Source: Salinivirgaceae bacterium
Lineage (GTDB): Bacteria > Bacteroidota > Bacteroidia > Bacteroidales > SZUA-534
Assembly (NCBI GenBank): GCA_024405635.1
Contig: JAKSOL010000006.1
Coordinates: 65,250 to 129,249 of the forward strand
DNA length: 64,000 nt
Direction of reading: 5' to 3'
The notes under the pieces are model-generated. The model saw only the letters and a program-made list of their open reading frames with translations, searched no databases and was not told the origin of the DNA. A program made the translations under genes and the position numbers. How positions within the stretch are numbered: the first letter of the stretch is position 1; each line of letters opens with the position of its first letter. Below, in pieces: positions 38,653 through 49,132 of this stretch.

Positions 38653-40920
38653 ATGCTATTCGATTTACCAATGATTGAGCAGTTTTATAACGAACTGCCA
38701 GCAAAAATCTCTGAAGCTAAAAAGATGTTGGGCCGACCAATGACTTTGAGCGAAAAAATACTTTATGCACATTTGTCAAACGAGGCAGAACGCAAAAATT
38801 ACGAACGAGGTGCAAGTTATGCGTTGTTTGCTCCAAACCGCGTTGCAATGCAAGACGCAACAGCACAAATGGCGCTATTGCAATTTATTAACGCAGGAAA
38901 AGACAAAGCCGCAGTTCCTTCAACTGTACACTGCGACCACCTTATTCAAGCAAATGTTGGCGCAAAAGCTGACCTTGAAGTTGCATTAAAGCAAAACGAA
39001 GAGGTTTATGGTTTCTTGAAGAATGTTGCAGCAAAATACGGAATCGGCTTTTGGAAACCAGGAGCAGGTATTATTCATCAAGTATTGCTTGAAAACTATG
39101 CATTCCCTGGCGGAATGATGGTTGGAACCGACTCGCACACTGTAAACGCAGGAGGCTTGGGCATGGTTGCAATTGGTGTTGGCGGCGCCGACGCTGTTGA
39201 CGTTATGGTTGGCCTACCTTGGGAGCTTAAAATGCCTAAGTTGATTGGTATTAAACTAACTGGCAAATTAAACGGTTGGGCGTCACCAAAAGACATTATT
39301 CTTAAAGTTGCTGGTATGCTTACCGTAAAAGGTGGTACAGGTTGCATTGTTGAATACTTTGGCGAGGGTGCCGATAGCCTATCATGCACAGGTAAAGGAA
39401 CTATTTGTAACATGGGTGCCGAAATTGGTGCTACTACATCAATCTTTGCATTCGACAAAAAAATGTATGATTATTTAGTTGCTACAGGTCGCGAGCAGAT
39501 TGCTAAAATGGCCATGGCCAACAAAGAAAACCTTGCTAGCGATGCAGAGGTTTATGCAAATCCTGAAAAATACTACGACCAACTAATTGAGATTGACCTT
39601 GCAACTGTTGAACCTTACATTAATGGTCCATTTACACCAGATGCAGCAACTCCAATTTCTCAATTTGCCGATTACATTAAAAAGAACAATTATCCTGAAA
39701 CTCTTGAAGTTGGTTTAATTGGATCGTGTACCAACTCATCATACGAAGACCTTGACCGCGCTGCTTCAGTTGCTAAATTTGCCGTAGCAAACAATATCAA
39801 AGTAAAAGCAGAATTTATTGTATCGCCAGGTTCAGAGCAAGTGCGTAAAACAACCGAGCGCGACGGCCAACTTGATGCATTTAAAGCAATTGGCGGCGTT
39901 ATGATGACTAACGCATGCGGACCTTGCATCGGTCAATGGAACCGCCACACCGACAATCCAACCGCAAAAAACAGCATCATACACTCGTTTAACCGCAACT
40001 TTGCAAAACGTACCGATGGTAACCCAAACACATGCGGTTTTGTTGCTTCTCCTGAAATGGTTACAGCAATGGCTATTTCTGGTTCAATGTTGTTCAACCC
40101 ATTGACTGACAAGCTTAAAACCGAAGACGGTCGCGAGATTATGCTACAAGCGCCAAATGGTAACGAACTTCCAACCGAAGGTTTCCTAACTGACCCTAAC
40201 GGATATCAAGAACCTCCAGTTGATGGTTCAAGCATCGAAATAAAAGTTGATCCAAATAGCGAACGTTTACAACTATTGGAGCCATTTAAACCATGGGATG
40301 GCGCTGATTTTACTAATGTTCATCTGCTTATTAAAGCAAAAGGCAAATGTACAACCGACCACATTAGTATGGCTGGTAAATGGTTACGTTATCGTGGTCA
40401 CCTAGACAACATTAGCAACAACTTGCTAATTGGCGCCATTAACGCATTTAACGAAACAGCCAATAGCGTTCTAAACCCAATGGATGGAAATTACATTCCA
40501 GTTCCAGATTTGGCTCGTACATACAAAGCAGCAGGCATTAAATCAATAATTATTGGTGACGAAAACTATGGTGAAGGTTCAAGCCGCGAACATGCAGCAA
40601 TGGAGCCTCGTCATTTAGGCGCATACGCTGTACTAGCAAAATCGTTTGCCCGTATTCACGAAACAAACCTTAAAAAACAAGGTATGTTGGCATTAACATT
40701 TGCTAACAAAGACGACTACAACAAGATTAAAGAAAACGACACCTTTGATATTATTGGTTTAACAACATTTGCAGAAAATACACCTTTACAAATGGTGATT
40801 AAACATGCCGATGGTTCACAAGACCAAATCACCTTGAACCACACATATAACAATGCTCAAATAGAGTGGTTTAAACTAGGTGGCGCATTAAACTTAATTC
40901 GTAAACAATCAAAAAAATAA
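38653..40920 (+). CDS. acnA: Aconitate hydratase (mitochondrial-type)
   Basis: [42 protein letters not shown]; ATG 38653. Confidence 0.95.
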   Translation: MLFDLPMIEQFYNELPAKISEAKKMLGRPMTLSEKILYAHLSNEAERKNYERGASYALFAPNRVAMQDATAQMALLQFINAGKDKAAVPSTVHCDHLIQANVGAKADLEVALKQNEEVYGFLKNVAAKYGIGFWKPGAGIIHQVLLENYAFPGGMMVGTDSHTVNAGGLGMVAIGVGGADAVDVMVGLPWELKMPKLIGIKLTGKLNGWASPKDIILKVAGMLTVKGGTGCIVEYFGEGADSLSCTGKGTICNMGAEIGATTSIFAFDKKMYDYLVATGREQIAKMAMANKENLASDAEVYANPEKYYDQLIEIDLATVEPYINGPFTPDAATPISQFADYIKKNNYPETLEVGLIGSCTNSSYEDLDRAASVAKFAVANNIKVKAEFIVSPGSEQVRKTTERDGQLDAFKAIGGVMMTNACGPCIGQWNRHTDNPTAKNSIIHSFNRNFAKRTDGNPNTCGFVASPEMVTAMAISGSMLFNPLTDKLKTEDGREIMLQAPNGNELPTEGFLTDPNGYQEPPVDGSSIEIKVDPNSERLQLLEPFKPWDGADFTNVHLLIKAKGKCTTDHISMAGKWLRYRGHLDNISNNLLIGAINAFNETANSVLNPMDGNYIPVPDLARTYKAAGIKSIIIGDENYGEGSSREHAAMEPRHLGAYAVLAKSFARIHETNLKKQGMLALTFANKDDYNKIKENDTFDIIGLTTFAENTPLQMVIKHADGSQDQITLNHTYNNAQIEWFKLGGALNLIRKQSKK

Positions 40921-40924
40921 TACT

Positions 40925-42190
40925 ATGGCAGCAGAAAAAATTACAATCGCTAACGGTAAACTAAATGTACCTAACAACCCAATCATCCCATTTATTGAGG
41001 GCGACGGCATTGGCATTGATATTTGGCCAGCAACACAAAAAGTAATTGACGCAGCAGTTGAGAAATTTTACAAAGGCGAGCGTAAAATTGAGTGGAAAGA
41101 AGTGCTTGCAGGCGAAAAAGCCTTCAAAAACACAGGTAGTTGGTTGCCTGACGAAACATTGCAAGCTTTTCGCGACTACCTAGTTGGTATAAAAGGCCCA
41201 TTGACTACACCAATTGGTGGTGGCATTCGTTCATTGAACGTTGCTTTGCGTCAACAACTTGACTTGTATGTTTGCCTTCGTCCAGTTCAATACTACGAAG
41301 GAACACCTTCACCTGTAAAAAAACCAGAGTTGGTTGACATGTGCATTTTCCGCGAGAACACCGAAGATATTTATGCTGGTATTGAATACATGAACGGAAC
41401 ACCTGAAAATCAAAAGATTAAGAAATTTTTGATTGAAGAAATGGGCGTTTCAAAAATCCGTTTCCCCGAATCGTCTTCAATTGGCATTAAACCAGTAAGC
41501 CAAGAAGGTACAGAGCGTTTAGTTCGTGCAGCCATTCAATATGCAATTGACCACAAAAAACCATCGGTAACCTTTGTACACAAAGGCAACATTATGAAAT
41601 TTACCGAGGGTGCATTCAAAATTTGGGGATACGATTTGACAGAACGCGAATTTGGCGATGTGGTTTACACTTGGAACACATGGGGTAAAACCAAAGAAGC
41701 AAAAGGCGAGGAAGCTGCAAATGCAGAAATGGAAGCCGCTGTAAAAGCAGGCAAAATCATCATTAAAGACTGCATTGCAGACGCATTCCTTCAACAAATA
41801 CTTACCCGTCCTGCCGAATATTCAGTAATTGCTACATTGAACCTAAACGGCGACTATATTTCAGACGCACTTGCAGCATGTGTTGGTGGCATTGGCATAG
41901 CACCAGGAGCAAACATTAACTACATGAGCGGTTATGCAATTTTTGAAGCAACCCATGGAACAGCTCCAAAATATACAGGCAAAAACGTTTCAAACCCAGG
42001 TTCGTTGTTGCTTTCAGGCGCAATGATGCTTGACTACATGGGCTGGACCGAAGCTGCAGACGGTATTCGTGCATCAATGAGCAAAACCATTTCGCAAAAA
42101 ACCGTTACATACGATTTTGAACGCTTTATGGAAGGTGCAACAAAACTCTCAACATCAGAGTTTGCCGATGCATTGGTTAAAAACCTTTAA
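40925..42190 (+). CDS. icd: NADP-dependent isocitrate dehydrogenase
   Basis: [49 protein letters not shown]. Confidence 0.97.
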   Translation: MAAEKITIANGKLNVPNNPIIPFIEGDGIGIDIWPATQKVIDAAVEKFYKGERKIEWKEVLAGEKAFKNTGSWLPDETLQAFRDYLVGIKGPLTTPIGGGIRSLNVALRQQLDLYVCLRPVQYYEGTPSPVKKPELVDMCIFRENTEDIYAGIEYMNGTPENQKIKKFLIEEMGVSKIRFPESSSIGIKPVSQEGTERLVRAAIQYAIDHKKPSVTFVHKGNIMKFTEGAFKIWGYDLTEREFGDVVYTWNTWGKTKEAKGEEAANAEMEAAVKAGKIIIKDCIADAFLQQILTRPAEYSVIATLNLNGDYISDALAACVGGIGIAPGANINYMSGYAIFEATHGTAPKYTGKNVSNPGSLLLSGAMMLDYMGWTEAADGIRASMSKTISQKTVTYDFERFMEGATKLSTSEFADALVKNL

Positions 42191-42202
42191 TTGATTTTAA
42201 TA

Positions 42203-43546
42203 ATGGAAAATTTTATAACAGATATTTCGCGCATCGTTCATCAATCTTGCCAAATCGACAAAGAATTGTTTGACAAGTTTAATGTTAAACGAGGCTTACG
42301 AAATGCTGACGGTTCAGGTGTTTTGGTTGGACTAACCAACATCGGTGATGTTGTAGGTTATCGCCGCGAGGGCGATACTATAGTGCCAGTAAAGGGCGAT
42401 TTGCGCTATCGTGGATTCCCAATTCGCGAGTTGGTTAAAGGCTTTCAAGCTGAAAAACGTCACGGATTTGAGGAAACAACATTCTTGTTACTTACTGGAC
42501 ATTTGCCAACCAAACTACAACTTGAAGAATTGCGCAACAACTTGGCCAGCAAACGCGACCTTGACGATGTGTTTACCAACATGATTTTGTCGCTACGTGG
42601 TCGCGATTTGATGAACATGCTTTCGCGTTCGGTACTAATTCTTTATACACTTGACGACAATGCTGAAGATTATTCATTGCCAAGTTTGGTTAAACAATCG
42701 ATAAACTTGATTGCTAAACTACCAGTAATTGTAGCTTATTCGTACCACGGAATGCGTCATGCTTACTATCGTAAGTCAATGATAATTCGTCACCCACAAG
42801 CAAACTTGTCAACAGCAGAGAACTTTCTTTACATGCTAAAAGGTGAAAAATACACTCCACTTGAAGCTGAAATATTAGACTTGATGATGATATTGCATGC
42901 AGAACATGGAGGTGGAAACAACTCAACCTTTACAATGCGACTTGTATCGTCGGCAATGACAGATACATATTCAGCAACAGCAGCAGCCATTGGCTCGTTA
43001 AAAGGACGCTTACATGGAGGTGCAAACCTTAAAGTGCTTGACATGATGAACAATATAAAAGCAAATGTACGCGACTGGGAGAATAAAGAAGAAATTCGCC
43101 AATATTTGCTTAAGATATTGAATAAAGAAGCATACGACAAGTCGGGCAAGATTTATGGTATTGGTCACGCTGTTTACACATTATCGGACCCTAGATGCGA
43201 ATTGCTTAAAGAAAAAGCCATTGAACTTGCAAAAGAGAAAGGCCTTGAACGTGAATTAAATTTGTATTTAAACATTGAAGAGCTTGCACCAAAAGTACTT
43301 GCAGAGTTCAAAGGTGGAAAAGTTAAACCAGTGTGCGCTAATGTCGATTTTTATTCAGGCTTTGTTTATGAAGCAATTGACATTCCTCGCGAACTATTTA
43401 CTCCAATGTTTGCAATAGCTCGTATGGCTGGTTGGGCGGCTCACCGTTTGGAGGAAATAACCTTCGAATCGCGCCGAATAATTCGTCCAGCATACAAAAA
43501 CGTTATTCCAAACGAATACCACTACGTTCCACTCGATAACCGATAG
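42203..43546 (+). CDS. gltA: Citrate synthase
   Basis: KRGLRN.DG.GV, HAEHGGGNNSTF, LHGGAN, GIGHAVY..SDPR, ANVDFYSG; ATG 42203. Confidence 0.93.
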   Translation: MENFITDISRIVHQSCQIDKELFDKFNVKRGLRNADGSGVLVGLTNIGDVVGYRREGDTIVPVKGDLRYRGFPIRELVKGFQAEKRHGFEETTFLLLTGHLPTKLQLEELRNNLASKRDLDDVFTNMILSLRGRDLMNMLSRSVLILYTLDDNAEDYSLPSLVKQSINLIAKLPVIVAYSYHGMRHAYYRKSMIIRHPQANLSTAENFLYMLKGEKYTPLEAEILDLMMILHAEHGGGNNSTFTMRLVSSAMTDTYSATAAAIGSLKGRLHGGANLKVLDMMNNIKANVRDWENKEEIRQYLLKILNKEAYDKSGKIYGIGHAVYTLSDPRCELLKEKAIELAKEKGLERELNLYLNIEELAPKVLAEFKGGKVKPVCANVDFYSGFVYEAIDIPRELFTPMFAIARMAGWAAHRLEEITFESRRIIRPAYKNVIPNEYHYVPLDNR

Positions 43547-43566
43547 ATTGAGAGAATAACAACTAT

Positions 43567-43606
43567 AAAGCCGTCAGAAACCAACGAGTTTTTTGACGGT
43601 TTTTTT
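43567..43606 (+). terminator. Intrinsic terminator
   Basis: AAAGCCGTCAGAAA/TTTTTGACGGTTTT stem + T-run. Confidence 0.75.
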
Positions 43607-43694
43607 GTTTTTACGCAACAAAACCAGCAACAATTTACTCATCGGTTTGTATGGCAATAATTACTAAATTTACCCGTTAATATGTAATGTAACT

Positions 43695-45038
43695 ATGCAA
43701 AAACCAATACACGCTTTTTCACTGGGCCACAAGCTATTACGCTCGTATTCCGACTTTTATATGAGCATCTTTTACAAAACTAGAACTATTGTTGGCCTTG
43801 AAAATATTCCACAAGGAGTTCCAATAATATTTGCACCAAACCACCAAAACACATTGATGGATGCCTTGTCGGTGCTATATACTATTAAAGGACAACCTGT
43901 ATTTATGGCTCGTAGCGATATTTTTCGAGCAAAAGCAGTTGCTAAAATATTGCGTGCATTTAAAATTCTACCAATCTACCGTATTCGTGACGGTGTAAAA
44001 AACTTGCAAAACAACGACGCTGTATTTGAAGAAGCAGCTGATGTACTTGAAAATAAAAAGCGACTAGTAGTATTGCCAGAAGGATCGCATTTAGGTCAAC
44101 GCCGTTTGCGACTACTAAAAAAAGGTATTGCACGCATTGCCTTTATGGCCGAAGAACGCAACAACTTTGAACTTGGCACTGTAATTATCCCAGTAGGATT
44201 GGATTATTCAAACTACACAAACTTTGGTTCAAGACTAATGGTAAACATTGGACATCCAATTCCAGTGGCTAAGTACAAAGACTTGTACAAAGAGAACGAC
44301 CAACGTGCAATGGCAAAACTAATGGAAGACATTCGCGAAGGTCTTGTTCCTCTGATGATTAACATTGATAATGAGCAAGAATACTATGTACTTGAAGCCT
44401 TTAAGGATATTTATATGCAGATTTTGCACAACGGAAAATTAAGCAAAATTGACCATAGACAAATCTTGTCAGAAGCACAACAGTTCACAAGCAATGCTCT
44501 TCGTTTGGTTAAAGAAGACGAGCAAACATATAGCAAAGTAAAAACTGCTGTAGAGAGCATAAAATCAATAGTATCACGCCACAATTTGCGTATGTGGGCT
44601 ATAGCAAAACGTCATTACTCGTGGTTTGGCATAATTGTTAGTTTAATATTTCAACTATTTCTTCTTCCTGTATTTGTGTTGGGATTTGCACTTAACATAG
44701 CTCCATTTGGTTTACCAGTTCACTTTGCACGAAACATTAAAGACCGTCAGTTTTTAAGTTCGTTCCATTTTGTAATAGGAGTTGTAACGTTCACAGTATT
44801 CTATCTATTATATCTTATTTTGTTATTGTGTTTTGCTCCTAAAATTTGGATTGCACTATTAGCATTTTTAAGCATCATGCCATTAGGTTTGGCTGCTTTT
44901 AGAATTTATGTTTGGTACAGGAAAACAATAGCACGTGCTCGCATCAATCAAATGAGCAAAAAACATAAAACAGACTGGGCAACATTAACACAAAACATTG
45001 ATTATTTGGTAGATGTAGCCAAAACTTATATAGCATAA
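43695..45038 (+). CDS. Phospholipid/glycerol acyltransferase (PlsC-like) with C-terminal TMs
   Basis: NHQNTLMD (HX4D), ARSDIF, LPEG, PVGLDY. Confidence 0.88.
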   Translation: MQKPIHAFSLGHKLLRSYSDFYMSIFYKTRTIVGLENIPQGVPIIFAPNHQNTLMDALSVLYTIKGQPVFMARSDIFRAKAVAKILRAFKILPIYRIRDGVKNLQNNDAVFEEAADVLENKKRLVVLPEGSHLGQRRLRLLKKGIARIAFMAEERNNFELGTVIIPVGLDYSNYTNFGSRLMVNIGHPIPVAKYKDLYKENDQRAMAKLMEDIREGLVPLMINIDNEQEYYVLEAFKDIYMQILHNGKLSKIDHRQILSEAQQFTSNALRLVKEDEQTYSKVKTAVESIKSIVSRHNLRMWAIAKRHYSWFGIIVSLIFQLFLLPVFVLGFALNIAPFGLPVHFARNIKDRQFLSSFHFVIGVVTFTVFYLLYLILLLCFAPKIWIALLAFLSIMPLGLAAFRIYVWYRKTIARARINQMSKKHKTDWATLTQNIDYLVDVAKTYIA

Positions 45039-45859
45039 TGAACATATTGAGTTTCATACATAAATTTTGTTTTTGCGATAATGTTGAAACACCAATAACC
45101 GAATCGCTTACATATCCATCGGGCGTTACGGTTTATGAAGTGGTACGCATAATTGACACTAAACCACTTTTTGCCGAAGACCATTTGGTGCGCATGTTAG
45201 GTTCGCTCAACTTAACAAACATCTATTATCCTATAGATGCCGGAGTATTCCGCAACCAAATTCAACGCCTTTGCCAAATAAACAATGTAACCAATGGCAA
45301 CGTTGAATATCTGCTTGTAAAAAAAGCCGATGGCAGGGTAGTGACATATATGGGCTTTATTCAACACCATTACCCAGAACCACAACTATACATTGACGGA
45401 GTTGATTTAGCGGGACTTCACTCAGAGCGCGACAACCCTCAAGCAAAGGTTAAGAACACACTAACACGCCAACGAGCCAATAAACGCATTGCCGAAACAG
45501 GAGCATACGAAATGGTTTTGATAAACCAACAAGGCTTGGTTACCGAAGGTAGTCGCTCAAACTTGTTTTTTGTAAAAGACGATTCAATTGTTACCGCACC
45601 AGACAACATGGTACTATCTGGAATAACTCGCAAGCATGTTCTTCAAGTTATTGATTTTAACGACATTAACATAGTTCGTCAACCTATTCGATACTCGCGC
45701 ATTAACACATTTGATGCAGCATTTATGTGCGGAACATCGCCAGGAGTTATACCAATACACTCAATTGACAAAGTAAAATATCAAACCGACAACAAACTTG
45801 TTAAAACCATAATGGACGGTTACAACCAACAAGTTACTAATTACCTAATGTCACACTAG
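45038..45859 (+). CDS. Aminotransferase class IV
   Basis: YEVVRI, R.NP.AK, TEGSRSNLFFV, LSGITR, FMCGTS. Confidence 0.88.
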   Translation: MNILSFIHKFCFCDNVETPITESLTYPSGVTVYEVVRIIDTKPLFAEDHLVRMLGSLNLTNIYYPIDAGVFRNQIQRLCQINNVTNGNVEYLLVKKADGRVVTYMGFIQHHYPEPQLYIDGVDLAGLHSERDNPQAKVKNTLTRQRANKRIAETGAYEMVLINQQGLVTEGSRSNLFFVKDDSIVTAPDNMVLSGITRKHVLQVIDFNDINIVRQPIRYSRINTFDAAFMCGTSPGVIPIHSIDKVKYQTDNKLVKTIMDGYNQQVTNYLMSH

Positions 45860-45885
45860 TACATCACTATTAACACACGAACAAT

Positions 45886-47079
45886 ATGACAGCAAAACAT
45901 ATAATTACTATTGCACTTGCTACATTACAAACAGTAGCAATGGCTCAAAAAGATGCTGAATCGTTTATTCAAGTGAATAGCATAAAAGGCAACTCATTTT
46001 CTTCTAATGGCCGTCAAATTGTTTACTCGTTACCTCAGAACTACTTTTCTATAACTTTTAACGTTAAAAAGGTTGTAAAAGTAGCTGGACCATACGCAAA
46101 TTGGGCTGAAAAATATCTGAACATTACAAGCGATGTAATAACTTCAAACGAAACCAATTATGCCATTGAAGATGTTAAAATTAACAGATTCAGTGTTCCC
46201 GATTCAAGCAATAGATATGCCATAAGTTATAGCAACCAAGACTTAGCGCCCGCCATAACATTAGCATCAAACGGCATGATAGCTACTTGCAACGCCCATG
46301 CTGACATAACTGTAAACGAGCCAGATATTATTACAGTTAACCAACTGGAAAACAACAACATAGAAGCACGATTTTTTGATTTAGGAGTAAAATCGTTTAT
46401 GTGCGAAGAGGGTGGTGATGAAGAAAATGAAGCCGATTCGCTTGAAAACAAAAAGCCAACTACCATTATTCCAAAAACCGACGAACAAAATGCTGAAGAT
46501 GCAGCTTCGTTTATTCGCAAGTTGCGCAAACGCCGCTTAAAATTGGCCGTTGGAATGAGTGGAGAAGTGAATAGTTACGACGGTTTGGCAATGCAAACTA
46601 TGTTGGCCGAAATTGACAAACTCGAAAAATCATATATCGAACTATTTGTGGGCCGAGTAATAGAAAGCCACTACACCGAAACTTTTACTATTGCTCCTAC
46701 TAGTAGCACTGAGGTTGAACAACGTCATATAGTTTGGTTCTCTCCATCGCAAGGATTTACTGTAAATGCACGAAAAAGCGATGCAGTTGACATTCAACTC
46801 AAAATAACAACATTATCGAGCAAAACCGATGTTGAACGCCAAACTACAGATGCATCGTCAAAATCGTCGTCGGCAATACGCTATGGACTTTATTACCGTG
46901 AGCCTGCAATTGCAGTTCTATCAATTGACTGCCCAAACGTTTTACGTTTTAGAACACAAACAACCATTGCTCAAAAAGGCTCGGTTTTGTCGTTGCCTGC
47001 CGATTATTTCAATCACAAATACTCAATTGTGTTTGACACAGAAACTGGCGCACTTAAGTCTATTATACTATCAAAATAG
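45886..47079 (+). CDS. Secreted protein, DUF4831-like
   Basis: VYSLP, GPYA.WAEKYL, AA..IR.LRK.R, Y.ELF.G, G.YYR.P, FD.ETGAL. Confidence 0.7.
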   Translation: MTAKHIITIALATLQTVAMAQKDAESFIQVNSIKGNSFSSNGRQIVYSLPQNYFSITFNVKKVVKVAGPYANWAEKYLNITSDVITSNETNYAIEDVKINRFSVPDSSNRYAISYSNQDLAPAITLASNGMIATCNAHADITVNEPDIITVNQLENNNIEARFFDLGVKSFMCEEGGDEENEADSLENKKPTTIIPKTDEQNAEDAASFIRKLRKRRLKLAVGMSGEVNSYDGLAMQTMLAEIDKLEKSYIELFVGRVIESHYTETFTIAPTSSTEVEQRHIVWFSPSQGFTVNARKSDAVDIQLKITTLSSKTDVERQTTDASSKSSSAIRYGLYYREPAIAVLSIDCPNVLRFRTQTTIAQKGSVLSLPADYFNHKYSIVFDTETGALKSIILSK

Positions 47080-47108
47080 CTAACAAACAGTTTAATGCGC
47101 AAGCTTAA

Positions 47109-48986
47109 ATGCGAAAAGCGTTTAGCCATATCTCTTTTGCATTTTTAGTAATGTTTGTGTTTATGTTACCATTTGGTAACCAACGCATGAACTATTGCTT
47201 AGGTGGTTTTATTTTGTTTATGCTACCTTGCATAACCGACTTAAAAACCTTTCTCATAAACACCGATAGAAAATACGAAAAGTGGTTCATTATCAGTCTT
47301 TTGCTTTACATTACAATTGAAGGATTAAGCATTTTATGGAGCACTGATAAATCACGGGGAATACAACTCTTTTTGCGCTACATATCCATTGGTTTGGTAC
47401 CTTATTTTATGTATGTAGCACGCAAAAATGGTGTTATTAAGTATAAAAATTTACTCATTGCCGCTTTGGTAGTTGGTACAACAATAGCAACACTTTGGTG
47501 CTTTGTTAGCGCTGTAAAGAAGAGCATCTATTTCATCGATGACCAAAAATACGCGCACCAAATACATAACGCAACAAATGCAACCGACTCAAGTTTATAC
47601 AACTTTGTATGTGCCGAATTTGACACAATTACTATTTTGCCCGAAACCCGATACATGCAACGTTTTTGGCTTGATACAATTGAACTGTTACCTAAACAAT
47701 CAATAACTTCAAGTTTTAAAACTCAATTAATTGAAAAATCAGGCAAAGCAAAGGCAGGCATTACAGTTAGGGCGCAAAATCAAACATTCATAACTGATTT
47801 AGATATATGCTCTGACTCAATTGGAGAGTGGACTCTACACACCAACACATTTACAAATACTACACGTAACACTATAAAATTCTATCGCATATCGCTAAAA
47901 CTAACAGCCGACAATGGTTGTGCTTTTCGTTTCACCGAACCGATGGTTAATTATGGCTCCTTTATTGAGTGGCTACCTAATATCTTTCAAAACGAGGCTC
48001 ACAACCATAACCTAAACAACCAATTGAAACATCGGTTTAATGGTAAAACCAGATACATATTTGAACCGATAAAACGAGAGTTTTGGGATAATAAATCAAA
48101 CAAACAAGGTATAGTGCGTGTCATGGCCCGCAAAAACACTCACTTTACCTACACCGACCTTTGCAAACCAATGCATCCAGCATACATTGGTTTATGTGTT
48201 GTTTTTGTTATTGTGATTTTGCTTTATGTACTGATTTTTGTGAAACACAACGCATTGCTTAATTTAATTTATCTACTTCTCGTATTGTATTTTACTCTGT
48301 TTCTGTTCTTTACGCAAAGTAGAGCTAACTATCTGGCATTGTTTACTGCATTTTTAACATTTGCAGTTGTTGTGGCAATAAAACAACGCAAAGTGACCAA
48401 AACACTCACCATTATCGGAGTTTTAACATTATGTTTTTTACTAATGCTACGCAGCGAACGCTTTACCCTTTTGGTTCAGCATGCAAAAAACTGCGTAAAC
48501 ATTTCAATTAAAGAAGTGAAAGTAAATCGCAATGAATTACAAAATGTTAACACTCGATTCTACTTATGGTCAAACGCATTAAATATTGTGCAACAACATC
48601 CATTGCTAGGTGCTGGTATTGGCGACTCTGAAAAAGAAATGATTAAACAACTTATACAAAACAACCCTAAGCAACGCCAATACAATCCACACAACCAATA
48701 CCTACAAACTGCAACCGAAACAGGAGTAGTAGGCTTGCTATTGCTTATGTTCATTATTGGAATTCCTATTGCTTACGCAATAAAACGTCGCAAATACTTG
48801 TACTTAATTGTGATTGTGGTAGTTGCTGTCAATCTTGCTTTTGAATGTATGCTGTTCCGCTTAAGTGGGGTAATGCTAATAACTCCGTTGCTATACATAT
48901 TTATGATTCGGCGAACCAATAATCCCAAAGATTGGGAAACACGCAAAAAACTTGGTTTGGTTAACGACGATATTAATGCAAACTGA
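47109..48986 (+). CDS. O-antigen ligase (Wzy_C) family protein with a large soluble insertion
   Basis: MHPAY, QSRA, R..LW..A, HPLLGAG.GD, NPHNQYLQ...ETG.VG. Confidence 0.8.
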   Translation: MRKAFSHISFAFLVMFVFMLPFGNQRMNYCLGGFILFMLPCITDLKTFLINTDRKYEKWFIISLLLYITIEGLSILWSTDKSRGIQLFLRYISIGLVPYFMYVARKNGVIKYKNLLIAALVVGTTIATLWCFVSAVKKSIYFIDDQKYAHQIHNATNATDSSLYNFVCAEFDTITILPETRYMQRFWLDTIELLPKQSITSSFKTQLIEKSGKAKAGITVRAQNQTFITDLDICSDSIGEWTLHTNTFTNTTRNTIKFYRISLKLTADNGCAFRFTEPMVNYGSFIEWLPNIFQNEAHNHNLNNQLKHRFNGKTRYIFEPIKREFWDNKSNKQGIVRVMARKNTHFTYTDLCKPMHPAYIGLCVVFVIVILLYVLIFVKHNALLNLIYLLLVLYFTLFLFFTQSRANYLALFTAFLTFAVVVAIKQRKVTKTLTIIGVLTLCFLLMLRSERFTLLVQHAKNCVNISIKEVKVNRNELQNVNTRFYLWSNALNIVQQHPLLGAGIGDSEKEMIKQLIQNNPKQRQYNPHNQYLQTATETGVVGLLLLMFIIGIPIAYAIKRRKYLYLIVIVVVAVNLAFECMLFRLSGVMLITPLLYIFMIRRTNNPKDWETRKKLGLVNDDINAN

Positions 48987-49132
48987 TTGAAGCATATATG
49001 CAACCCCATAGCAAAATCACTAAAAATGACGATTGTTAAATTGTACGTAGCCAGTATTTTAGCACAAAAAAAACAGCAATAAACCAAACTAAATTAGCGC
49101 TGCTCAACACTCTGATAATAAAGCAATTAAAT

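Noticed and set aside
49112-49132. Fur box before feoB (GATAATAAAGCAATTAAAT)
   Set aside because: Only about half of the positions match the classical consensus, in AT-rich DNA
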